64,000 nt of DNA from an uncultured Alphaproteobacteria bacterium (lineage in GTDB: Bacteria; Pseudomonadota; Alphaproteobacteria; Rhizobiales; Rhodomicrobiaceae). Position numbers and translations under genes: made by a program. How positions within the stretch are numbered: position 1 is the first letter of the stretch; every line of letters begins with the position of its first letter. The stretch is taken from assembly GCA_963721975.1 (NCBI GenBank), contig CAVRLF010000004.1:3033-67032 (forward strand), written 5' to 3'. The notes under the pieces were generated by a model. The model did no database searches, had not been told where the DNA came from, and saw only the letters and a list, made by a program, of their open reading frames with translations. Shown in pieces: positions 41,405 to 50,503 of the stretch.

Positions 41405-42280
41405 CTATTGCTTGGACGTCCGCACAATGAATTCCGACATCAGTCGTATCAGAGCGGGGCCGCGCTCATTGAGCATGTTGTGTCCGCACCCCGGTAGACC
41501 TACGAGCCAGGTATTCGGCCTTGATTTGGCTATGCTGAGAGCGCTTTCCGGCACTGCGACACGATCAAGCAGGCACGTCATGACCAGCATCGGGGCTGTG
41601 CCGCCCTCGGCCCACTCCGCCTTCGGAGTGGCGTCGGAGGCTTTCACCTGAGCCGCAGCCAGGGCGGGATGTTCGCCCTCCGCCGCGTCGAGCGCCGCGA
41701 AATGCTCGTTTCCGGGCGCGTACATAAGTTGGCCTTGAAGGTTTAGCCACTCATCCTTCGGCGTTTTGGGATCAACGTAGCGCTTGTAGAGAGCTATGGT
41801 CTCTGCGTCGGGCATGATGTCTCCGCCGGCGCCGATCAGGATCACGCTGAGAACGCGGTCGGGCCTGTCATGGGAGGCCGCGCGAACAACGCGATTTCCA
41901 TAGGTCTTTCCGGCCAAATGAATCTTCTGCGCCCCGAGAGCGTCGGCCACGCGCCACAAATCATTGGCGTAGTCGTGAAGAGAGAGTCCGTCGATCGCTC
42001 CAGTGCTGGCTCCGAGCGTCCGGTAGTTGTAAGTGACCACGCGGATTCCCAAGGCGGCGACGCCTGCGGCGAGGTCGTTCAATTGCGACGCCGGGCGGCC
42101 GTTTCCCGCGGCCATGATCAGAGTTTCGGCGCCGTTTCCAAACACAAACGCTTCGATGTCGCTTCCGTCTGATTTGACAAGCAATCTTGCCCCTTCGCTG
42201 GCGGCGTGGAGTGGGACGATTGCGAGGAAGAGAGCGGACACTATCCCGAGGCTGGCGGAAATGGCGTTTCGGAAATCCAT
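41405..42280 (-). CDS. Secreted alpha/beta hydrolase fold protein
   Basis: Signal peptide, YNYRTLGAS and GHNM. The nucleophile elbow reads GKTYG rather than GxSxG. Confidence 0.7.
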   Translation of the reverse strand: MDFRNAISASLGIVSALFLAIVPLHAASEGARLLVKSDGSDIEAFVFGNGAETLIMAAGNGRPASQLNDLAAGVAALGIRVVTYNYRTLGASTGAIDGLSLHDYANDLWRVADALGAQKIHLAGKTYGNRVVRAASHDRPDRVLSVILIGAGGDIMPDAETIALYKRYVDPKTPKDEWLNLQGQLMYAPGNEHFAALDAAEGEHPALAAAQVKASDATPKAEWAEGGTAPMLVMTCLLDRVAVPESALSIAKSRPNTWLVGLPGCGHNMLNERGPALIRLMSEFIVRTSKQ

Positions 42281-43217
42281 AGTTCCTCTGATTTTGTGCC
42301 GTTAAGGTTATGCCTGGAACGTGAAACGGCATCCTATTGATGACTTTAAACTACGATAAATCTAGGCAGAAGTCACCAACCGGGCATTTTGGCGGAGGGA
42401 AGGAAACTTTTTCCCAGTCATGCCGACCTACATGCCCGGGGACACATTGCTCAAGCAGGTGTGACAACCGCCGGCTGTGAAAGACGCAAGCAGCAATTAG
42501 CGCGGAGTGAGTGCTGTCGAGGGAACAACTCGGCCTTTTCGCCGAGATAGGCGAGGACCGGTTAGGGTGAAGGGCGGGAGTGTCTCGTCGTTTTTGGAGA
42601 AGACTGCAGTTGGATCCGAAAGCCGCCATGCCGAGCATGGCTTCGCGAGAAAGCCGCCACGGCAGCTCCCGACCCATAGGTCGCATGCGGCAATGCCGGC
42701 GACCCCGGCCATGCAGCCCGGTTCGCCGCCGGCCCTGCGGATCGGAGCCCGCCGCGGGACGCTTCTTCGAGGCCGCACATCTCGGCCAAGCGCGCTCAGC
42801 ATTTCTTTTCCTTTTGCGCCTATACAATCTTAAGTAGAGTTTTTGTTGTGCGAGCGTTCTCATGTCGGGGCTCTCCATTCCGCCGGGCGCTGTTGCGGCC
42901 GGCATCATCGCCAGCGTGTGCGCCGCTGAAACAAGCGCCGCCGCTGTCACCGATCCTTCCGCCACAAGTCGAACGCAGCTCGAAGGAACCCCGCCCCTCG
43001 CACAGCTTTCTTGGTTGAGCCAACGGTTTGAGCCCCTCTCCCGGCCGCTTCGCGGCTGTGGGCGCATAAGGTGGCAAGCTTGCCAAGTTGAGCTTGCGCT
43101 GGAGAGGGACGCGGTGAGGGGGCAAACCTTTAGGCAAGCCCGTAAAGCTTTCTTCGTTCATCACCGACGCTGCCGACCCGTGGGATATGAAACGGTCCAG
43201 TCCTCAAGCGAGGTCTC

Positions 43218-44330
43218 ATGCCATTCATCATGAAGCACTTTTGGGGATCGTCGCTGATCGCGGCTTTGGCGTTCGTCTCCTTCGGATTTTGTTATTCCGC
43301 TTTGGAGCGAAGCTCAGTGGAAGAGCAGATGGAGAGCGAGTTGCGCTCCGTGGCGCAAGCCCAGGCGCAGCGGCTAAGCGCGAATCTTTCGAGTTTGTGG
43401 CGCATCGTCGAGATGATCGCGGACGAGGCGTCCGCGCACCCGGACGCCCTGCAGCAGACGCTCATCGACGCCCGCCGCTTTAACCCCGCGTTGACCTTGC
43501 TCGGCTTGGCGAAAGTCGATGGAACGGTGACCGCAGCCACTGACGGCGAGGAGACGAGCGTCGCCCAGGCGCCCTGGTTCGCGAGCGCCGTAAGAAGTCC
43601 GATTGTGAGGGCGGCGTCTCCCGAGGCGGGGTCTTATTCCGCCACCCTTGTGCTGGCCAAACCCGTGCGCACGAAGGAAGGCCAAACGGTCGCCGTGCTC
43701 TTCGCGCTTGCGCCGCTGAACGATCTTGTCGCGTCCAGTGCGGGCGGCTGGCAAGGCGAAAGCATCCTCGCCGCCAATGACGGCCATCGTCTCATCGGAT
43801 GGGAGAACGCAGCGCCTTCAGCCGCGAGCGCCTCTTCAGCGAGGGCCCGCGACCGTGGCGAATGGCTCGCCGCGACGGCCCAGGCGACGTCAGGCGGCGC
43901 CTTTCCCGACACAGGCTGGTCCCTGACGGTCGCGCGCTCGAAAACGGAGGTCGATCGGCGTCTGGCCCCGATGCTGTGGAAGCTCTGGGCCGGATGTTTC
44001 GCCATGGCCTGCTTCACCCTGATCGCGGTCGCCGCGTGGACCGCGTGGCTTGCCGCGCCCCTGAAAGAGCTTGCCCTGTTCGCCGCAGCCGCCTCCAATG
44101 GAAGGCTGGTCAACCCCATTCGTGAAAGCCGTTTCCGTGAGGCGGCGGTGCTCTCCAGCGCGCTTGTCAAGCTTTGCACGAGCCTCAGAAGAATGAACGC
44201 GCCGCATACATTCCGTATCGTCGCCACCGAGGCGGAGGTCGATGGCGAGCGCGACCTCATCTTCGACGACCTCGTGCTTCACATCAATGCGCTCATGGAC
44301 GAGGAATGCCAGATGCCGGTCGAACTATGA
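43218..44330 (+). CDS. Membrane protein with Cache-like periplasmic domain and HAMP-like segment, no recognisable output domain
   Basis: TM1, then LVLAKPVRTKEGQTVAVL and TGWSLTVAR, then TM2, then APLKELA.. Confidence 0.65.
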   Translation: MPFIMKHFWGSSLIAALAFVSFGFCYSALERSSVEEQMESELRSVAQAQAQRLSANLSSLWRIVEMIADEASAHPDALQQTLIDARRFNPALTLLGLAKVDGTVTAATDGEETSVAQAPWFASAVRSPIVRAASPEAGSYSATLVLAKPVRTKEGQTVAVLFALAPLNDLVASSAGGWQGESILAANDGHRLIGWENAAPSAASASSARARDRGEWLAATAQATSGGAFPDTGWSLTVARSKTEVDRRLAPMLWKLWAGCFAMACFTLIAVAAWTAWLAAPLKELALFAAAASNGRLVNPIRESRFREAAVLSSALVKLCTSLRRMNAPHTFRIVATEAEVDGERDLIFDDLVLHINALMDEECQMPVEL

Positions 44331-44351
44331 GCTGCGGCCCTTGTGGGAGCG

Positions 44352-44488
44352 CCGCATCCGCTTCTGAACGCAATCCTGAGCGCAAGGCTTAAGATCGATT
44401 TGTCAATTCTGAGCGCTTCGAATAAGTGCTTGGATAGTTTAATAGGCCTGTTTTACCAAACGAAACCAATCTTGGTTCTCTGTTAACC
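44352..44488 (+). repeat. Long copy of dispersed ~140-bp intergenic repeat
   Basis: Colinear with 13472-13611. Confidence 0.8.
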
Positions 44489-44601
44489 AGCGGCTGGCGC
44501 CGAAGCGCACGCCGTGCGCGTGCGGCTTGCGCGTCCGGCGGCGATCATCCGCCTCCATTTGAACGCGGATTGCGACGGCCGCTTTCACCGACCAAGTCGG
44601 G

Positions 44602-45063
44602 TTAGCGCCCGGCAGGAGACCAATTGGGAGGCGCCAGTTCGAAGCCCTCGAATTGGAATGCGGGCGCTACGACGCAACTCACAAGGGTCCAGGCGCCCAA
44701 ACTCGATGCAGCCTGCCAGGCGTGGGTCGGAACGATGCCCTGAAATGTCTCGCCCTGACCTGCGTCGGCGCCGAGCCTGACGGATGTTCTGTTTCCCTCC
44801 GCTTCTTGAATTTCGAGGAGGAGCGGAGCGCCGGCCAGCCAAATCCAGATTTCGGCGGCGTCCACGCGGTGCCAATGCGAGCGCTCGCCCAACGCAAGAA
44901 GAAACAGGATCGAGCTTGCTGCACCTCTGCCGCCCTTTGCCGGCGCATCGCGCCATAGCTCGCGATAGTGTCCGCCTTCCGGATGAGGCTTGAGGTCGAG
45001 AGCAGAGCGGACCTGCGGCGCCGTAAGCGAAGCGTCTCGAAAATCCGGAAGCTTATGAGACAT
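44602..45063 (-). CDS. Cupin domain protein (DUF985/Cupin_5)
   Basis: LKPHPEGGHYRE, SHWHRVDAAEIW, VSCVVAPAFQFEGFEL. Confidence 0.9.
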   Translation of the reverse strand: MSHKLPDFRDASLTAPQVRSALDLKPHPEGGHYRELWRDAPAKGGRGAASSILFLLALGERSHWHRVDAAEIWIWLAGAPLLLEIQEAEGNRTSVRLGADAGQGETFQGIVPTHAWQAASSLGAWTLVSCVVAPAFQFEGFELAPPNWSPAGR

Positions 45064-45101
45064 GGCGGCGCTCCGAGACCATGGACCAGGCGGCGCCTCA
45101 A

Positions 45102-46028
45102 TTAGCTCGCGATGCGGATGCGGGGCGCGTCGTCTTCATCGTCGGCGCACTGGCGCTTCAGCGTCTCACGGAACGGGCTCGCGGGATACGTGCCCAGGAT
45201 AATCAGCTCCGCCGTGTGGAACTCTAGCTCTTCCAGCGCCAGCCGCAAAGGCCGGTCGCTTGGGTGGCCCTCAACATCGGCGTAGAACATGGTGGCGTTG
45301 AAGCTGCCTTCGAGCTGGTAGGACTCGAGCTTCGTCATGTTCACGCCGTTGGTCGCGAAGCCGCCCAGCGCTTTGTACAGCGCCGCCGGAATGTTGCGCA
45401 CGCGGAAAATGAAAGTGGTCAGCACCGGGCCGTTGCCCGCGGGCGGCGCCTCGGCCTCGTTGGCGAGCACAAGAAAGCGCGTGGTGTTGTGCGCCGCGTC
45501 CTCGATGCCGCTTTTCAGGATGTGAAGGCCGTAAATCTCCGCGGCGAGCTTGGAGGCGATCGCCGCTTTCGTGAGGTCGCCTTCCTCCGCGACCATCCGC
45601 GCCGACCCCGCGGTGTCCGCCTCGGGGACGGGCTTCAAGCCGAGCGTCTGCAGCGCGCCGCGGCATTGGCCGAGCGCCTGCGTATGGCTATGCACGGTCT
45701 TCAGCGTCGATAGATCGGCGCCGGGGAGCGCCATGAGCTGATGGTGGATGCGCTCGAAATGTTCGCCCACGACGTGAACGCCGGAGTTCGGCAAAAGGTG
45801 GTGGACGTCGGCGACGCGGCCCGCCACCGAATTCTCGACCGGAATGAGGCCATAGCGCACCGCGCCGCTTTTCACCGCCGAAATGGCGTCCTCGAACGTG
45901 GCGCACGCCACGGGCTCAAGCCGCTTGTCGAAATTGATGCAAGCGATGTGGGAATTGGCGCCGGGCTCGCCCTGGTAGGAGACGCTCGCGGGCGTTGTGT
46001 CCGATGATCCGTTCGATGCGAATGCCAT
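45102..46028 (-). CDS. pheA: Prephenate dehydratase
   Basis: YQGEPGANS, IPVENSVAG, NTTRF, GVNMTKLESY. Confidence 0.92.
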   Translation of the reverse strand: MAFASNGSSDTTPASVSYQGEPGANSHIACINFDKRLEPVACATFEDAISAVKSGAVRYGLIPVENSVAGRVADVHHLLPNSGVHVVGEHFERIHHQLMALPGADLSTLKTVHSHTQALGQCRGALQTLGLKPVPEADTAGSARMVAEEGDLTKAAIASKLAAEIYGLHILKSGIEDAAHNTTRFLVLANEAEAPPAGNGPVLTTFIFRVRNIPAALYKALGGFATNGVNMTKLESYQLEGSFNATMFYADVEGHPSDRPLRLALEELEFHTAELIILGTYPASPFRETLKRQCADDEDDAPRIRIAS

Positions 46029-46073
46029 TGTATACCTTAAGCTCGCCGACTTGAGGGCAAGGAAATTCTGCGC

Positions 46074-46829
46074 TCACCTTGCGAGTATGGCGCGCGCTTT
46101 TGCAAGATCGGCTTCGGTGTCTACTCCCAAAGGCACGGTGTCAACCACGGAAATGTGTATGCGCATGCCGGCTTCCAACGCGCGAAGCTGCTCCAGGCGT
46201 TCGCGCTTTTCGAGCGGTGACGGCGGCAGCGCCACAAAGCGGGCGAGAGCTTGGCGGCGATAGGCGTAGACGCCGATATGGTGATAATAGGGGCCTTCGC
46301 CATGTGGCGCGGACGCGCGCGTGAAATAGAGCGCGTTCATCAGCCCGCCCCGCAAAGGCGAGGCGATGGCCTTGACGACATTCGGGTCGTCTATCTCGGC
46401 CAGGTCTTTGATGACGGCGGCGAGCGTGCCGATGTCCGCGCCCTGGTTAAGCGCAGCGAGACAGCGGGCGAGGAGGCGCGGCTCAAGGGTCGGGAGATCG
46501 CCCTGGAGATTGATCACGGCGTCGAATTTCTTCTCCGGGTCGATGCGGCGGAGCGCTTCGTAAACGCGGTCGGAGCCGCTCATGTGCTCGCGCTCGCTCA
46601 CGATTCCCTGCCCGCCGTGCTCGCTCACCACATTTATAATTTCTGCCGAGTCCGCGACCACGAAGACAGGCCCCGCGTTCGCTTCCATCGCGCGCCGCCA
46701 AACCTGAGCGATCATCGGCGCGCCCCCCACATCAAGGAGCGGCTTCCTCGGCAGGCGGGTCGATCCGAGCCGCGCCGGGATGATTACGATTGGGTTAGAT
46801 GATCCGTTCGACGGGAACAAATTGGCCAC
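46074..46829 (-). CDS. kdsB: 3-deoxy-manno-octulosonate cytidylyltransferase
   Basis: [45 protein letters not shown]. Confidence 0.93.
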   Translation of the reverse strand: MANLFPSNGSSNPIVIIPARLGSTRLPRKPLLDVGGAPMIAQVWRRAMEANAGPVFVVADSAEIINVVSEHGGQGIVSEREHMSGSDRVYEALRRIDPEKKFDAVINLQGDLPTLEPRLLARCLAALNQGADIGTLAAVIKDLAEIDDPNVVKAIASPLRGGLMNALYFTRASAPHGEGPYYHHIGVYAYRRQALARFVALPPSPLEKRERLEQLRALEAGMRIHISVVDTVPLGVDTEADLAKARAILAR

Positions 46830-46942
46830 CTGAAAGCTCTTAGGATTTATCCACGGATTCTCCGTACGCTGCTTGCAGTCCCTAAAACTTTGAGCCCATC
46901 AAGGCGCTGGCGTGGCGGCGTCACTATGACACAAGAGCAACC

Positions 46943-47503
46943 ATGAATTCCTTCACCACTAACAAAATTGCAGGCGGGGTGCTGTCGAGCCTCCTCGTGC
47001 TGGTCGGCGTTCACACGGCCATTCAGCTTTTTTATCCGAAGGGCACGGCGAACTTGTCGAAAGGCCACATTGTCGTGGCTCCAGAGGCTGCGCCTCCCGC
47101 GGCGACAACACCCGTCGCTGCGAAGCCGGAAGAGAAAGAGCCGCCCGTCGAGAGTTTTTTGGCGAGCGCGAACGCCGAGGCCGGCAAGAAGGACGCCAAG
47201 GTCTGCGGCGCGTGTCATAACTTCGAGAAGGGAGCTGGAGCAAAAGTGGGCCCGGACCTCTACGGGGTCGTGGACCGCAACGTCGCCAGCATGCCGGGCT
47301 TTTCCTATTCGAGCGCTTTGCAACAGCACAAAGCCGACAAGTGGACGTTTCAGAACCTGTATGAGTGGATCAAAAACCCGAAAGCCTTCATCGCTGGCAA
47401 CAACATGGGGTTCGCAGGCATAAAGAACCCTCAAGAACGGGCGGACATCATCGCTTTTCTCAACAAGGACAGCGATCAGCCCGTGCCTCTTCCGCAGAAA
47501 TAG
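46943..47503 (+). CDS. Membrane-anchored cytochrome c (CycM/c2-like)
   Basis: N-terminal TM, CGACH heme motif, GPDLYGVV, MGFAGI. Confidence 0.9.
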   Translation: MNSFTTNKIAGGVLSSLLVLVGVHTAIQLFYPKGTANLSKGHIVVAPEAAPPAATTPVAAKPEEKEPPVESFLASANAEAGKKDAKVCGACHNFEKGAGAKVGPDLYGVVDRNVASMPGFSYSSALQQHKADKWTFQNLYEWIKNPKAFIAGNNMGFAGIKNPQERADIIAFLNKDSDQPVPLPQK

Positions 47504-47716
47504 CAGCGTCTCACTTGGAAAGTCCAGTCCGCACGCACCGGCCCAGGATTTAAACGAATCCTGCGTGAATCTTATACTCGGCATAGCCAAGTTTATTTTT
47601 TTAGCTTAAGCTCTCCCTTCTGCGACCTCCGATCGGGGCGTGGATCTCAAAAAAAGTAGGCTGGCTGAAACGGCCAGGAAACAAAAACCGACGCCCGCGT
47701 CGGTATGGGGAGTGGA

Positions 47717-48301
47717 ATGAAAATAGCTTATTTTTTCGGGTCGGCGCTTGCCGCATTGATTGTGCTTGTCGGCATGAGAGGCGTGATCGATAAAGTTTAT
47801 CCCAAAGGCGATGAGAACTCGGACAGAGGCGGGCAGATCCAGGTGACCGCGGTTCCGGTGGTGCATGCGATCGCGCGCAAGCTGGAACAACAAGCCCTCT
47901 TGACGCCCGTCAGCAGGCAACTCGAAAAACCTGACGCTCCGCTCGGCGCCCTGTTGGCGAAAGCGGACCCCGAAGCCGGGCAGGAGACAGCCAAGCTCTG
48001 CGCCATCTGCCATACCTGGAACAAGGGCGGCGGAACCAGAGTCGGCCCGAACCTCTACGGCGTCATCGGACGCGACATCGCCAGAGACCCTGGCTTCTCC
48101 TATTCGCCGGCCTTGCAGCAGAAAGGCGGCCGCTGGTCCTTCAACGAACTCTACGAATGGATTGGCGATCCTAGCGAGATCGCGCCGGGCAACAACATGG
48201 CCAAGATGGGTTTCGCCGGCTTGAGGGACCCGCAACAGCGGGCGGACGTCATCGCCTTCCTCGCCAAGCAGAGCGATAACCCGGCGACGCTTCCAAGATG
48301 A
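47717..48301 (+). CDS. Second membrane-anchored cytochrome c paralogue
   Basis: N-terminal TM, CAICH, GPNLYGVI, MGFAGL. Confidence 0.88.
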   Translation: MKIAYFFGSALAALIVLVGMRGVIDKVYPKGDENSDRGGQIQVTAVPVVHAIARKLEQQALLTPVSRQLEKPDAPLGALLAKADPEAGQETAKLCAICHTWNKGGGTRVGPNLYGVIGRDIARDPGFSYSPALQQKGGRWSFNELYEWIGDPSEIAPGNNMAKMGFAGLRDPQQRADVIAFLAKQSDNPATLPR

Positions 48302-48411
48302 GGCAGCGACGACCCATCCGTTAACAGAACATTGTGAGCATGAAGGATCTTTAAGTGGATCGGTGGTTTATAGGACATTAAGGTCCAGCCAACTGAAACG
48401 CCATTCCCTTC

Positions 48412-50292
48412 ATGCTCATGTCTGTTCAAAAGCGGATTGCCTTCGTCCTCCTCCTGGCGCTCGTCGCGGCGACGCCGGCTCTCGCCGATCAGGAAAAGCA
48501 TCATGCGCTTTCCCTGGTGCGGCCGCCTAAATATCCGGCCGACTTCAAGCATTTCGATGCGGTCAACCCGAATGCGCCCAAGGGCGGGACGGTCAAGCTT
48601 TCGTCGCCCGCCCAGTACGACAATTTGAACCCGGCTGTCTTTCGAGGCGCCCTTGCGGCCGGGCTTGCGAGCGGGTTCGCGCTGATTTTCGATCCGCTCA
48701 TGATCCCTTCGCGAGAGGAAGGCTCGACGCATTATTGCCTTCTGTGCGAGTGGGTGAGCTATCCGCCGGACTATAGCTCCGTCACCTTTAAGCTGCGCGA
48801 AGGCGCGCGATGGCACGACGGCAAGCCCATCACCGTCGAAGACGTGATCTGGAGCATGAACACTGTGAAGGGCAAGGACTCGAATACGGGCCTGCCCTAC
48901 GATCCGATGCACGCCCAGTATTACAAGAATGTAGTGAAGGGCGAGAAGACGGGTGAGCGGGAGGTGACGTTCACCTTCGATGTAGCCGGGAACAGGGAAC
49001 TGCCGATGATCGTCGGCGAGCTGAATGTTTGGCCGAAGCATTGGTGGGAAGGCAAGGACGCGTCGGGCAAGCAGCGCGACGTGACCAGAACGACGATGGA
49101 GCCGCCGCTTGGCTCGGGACCCTACAAAATCAAAGCGACCCGACCAGGCGAATGGATCGCGTTTGAGCGCGCGCCCGATTATTGGGGCAAGGACCTCCCC
49201 GTCAGGATCGGCGAAAGCAACTTCGATACGATCGAGTTTCAGTATTACGGCGACCAAAGCGTGTCGATGGAGGCCTTCAAGGCGGGCCAGTACGATTACA
49301 GAAGAGAGCCGAGCGCCAAGACATGGGCCACCGCGTATGCTTTCCCGGCTCTGGCCGACGGGCGGGTGGTGAAGCGCGGGGATATCGTTCTCGAAACGCC
49401 GAAGCCCACGCAAGGCTTCGCCTTCAATTTGCGCCGGCCGAAATTCCAGGATCCTCGTGTACGCCGCGCCTTCAACCTCGCCTTCGATTTCGAATGGGCG
49501 AATAAGAATCTCTTCTTTGGCCAATACGCGCGCACATCGAGCTTTTTCGAGGGGCAGGAGTTAGCCGCGAAGGGCCTGCCGTCGCCCGAGGAGTTGGCGC
49601 TGCTTGAGCCGCTCCGCGATAAAATTCCGCCTGAGGTCTTCACCCAGGAATACGAGAACCCGGTCAACGCGACGGAAGCTGATTTCCGCACGCATCTTCG
49701 TGAGGCGGCGCGCCTCTTGCGGGAGGCGGGTTACATCGTGGTCAACAACCAGCTGCAGAACAGCGCCGGCGAGCCGCTGACCGTCGAGTTTCTTATCGAC
49801 CAGGAGGCGTTTCAGCGCGTGATCCTGCCCTATGTCGAGAACCTGAAGAGGCTCGGCATCGCCGCTGTCGTTCGCCAGATTGACTCCACCGAGCAAAAGC
49901 GGCGCGAGGACACGTTCGATTTCGATATCGTCGTGGGCGTCTTTCCCGAGTCCGACTCGCCCGGAAATGAGCAGCGCGATTTCTGGACGAGCGCTGCAGC
50001 GGAAGAGCCCGGCGCCCGGAACATCATGGGCATCAAGAACCCGGCCGTCGATGAACTCGTGAACAAGATCATCTTTGCGCCGAACCGCGATGCCCTTGTC
50101 ACGGCCTGCCGCGCCTTGGACCGTGTGCTGCTGTGGAACTTTTATATCGTTCCCAACTGGCATTCCGCGAATGAGCGTATCGCCTATTGGAACAAGTTCG
50201 GCGCCCCGAACCCCATGCCGACACAGACGGTCGGCTTTCCCGACGTTTGGTGGTATGACGCGGCTCTCGCCGAGAAGAATGGTCTGAAATGA
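48412..50292 (+). CDS. yejA: ABC transporter peptide-binding protein (YejA-like)
   Basis: FKHFDAVNPNAPKGG, PPLGSGPY, FQDPRVRRAF, SPGNEQRDFW. Confidence 0.9.
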   Translation: MLMSVQKRIAFVLLLALVAATPALADQEKHHALSLVRPPKYPADFKHFDAVNPNAPKGGTVKLSSPAQYDNLNPAVFRGALAAGLASGFALIFDPLMIPSREEGSTHYCLLCEWVSYPPDYSSVTFKLREGARWHDGKPITVEDVIWSMNTVKGKDSNTGLPYDPMHAQYYKNVVKGEKTGEREVTFTFDVAGNRELPMIVGELNVWPKHWWEGKDASGKQRDVTRTTMEPPLGSGPYKIKATRPGEWIAFERAPDYWGKDLPVRIGESNFDTIEFQYYGDQSVSMEAFKAGQYDYRREPSAKTWATAYAFPALADGRVVKRGDIVLETPKPTQGFAFNLRRPKFQDPRVRRAFNLAFDFEWANKNLFFGQYARTSSFFEGQELAAKGLPSPEELALLEPLRDKIPPEVFTQEYENPVNATEADFRTHLREAARLLREAGYIVVNNQLQNSAGEPLTVEFLIDQEAFQRVILPYVENLKRLGIAAVVRQIDSTEQKRREDTFDFDIVVGVFPESDSPGNEQRDFWTSAAAEEPGARNIMGIKNPAVDELVNKIIFAPNRDALVTACRALDRVLLWNFYIVPNWHSANERIAYWNKFGAPNPMPTQTVGFPDVWWYDAALAEKNGLK

Positions 50293-50329
50293 GACAGGGC
50301 AAAGTGCGCGAGGCGCTCGGAGGGCGCAA

Positions 50330-50490
50330 CCCCTCATCCTGTCCCTCTCCCAGCAAACACGCCTTGGCGTGCTTGCCTTCAAATGATGCCGTACCCGCAA
50401 GCGGGTACGGCTGGAGAGGGAACGACGTTGCAACGGCCGCGCCGGAACTCCCTCTCCCATGGGAAGAGGGTTGGGGTGAGGGGCGCCCTC
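50330..50490. repeat. REP-like composite palindromic element between the two yejA copies
   Basis: CCCCTCATCC..CCCTCTCCC, CACGCC/GGCGTG hairpin, and CCCTCTCCCATGGGAAGAGGGTTGGGGTGAGGGG. Confidence 0.75.
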
Positions 50491-50503
50491 CCTCGACCAA
50501 TGC

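Noticed and set aside
42351-43233. Several overlapping ORFs upstream of the Cache gene
   Set aside because: No recognisable motifs or consistent RBS. I could not choose a real frame, and I saw no riboswitch consensus.
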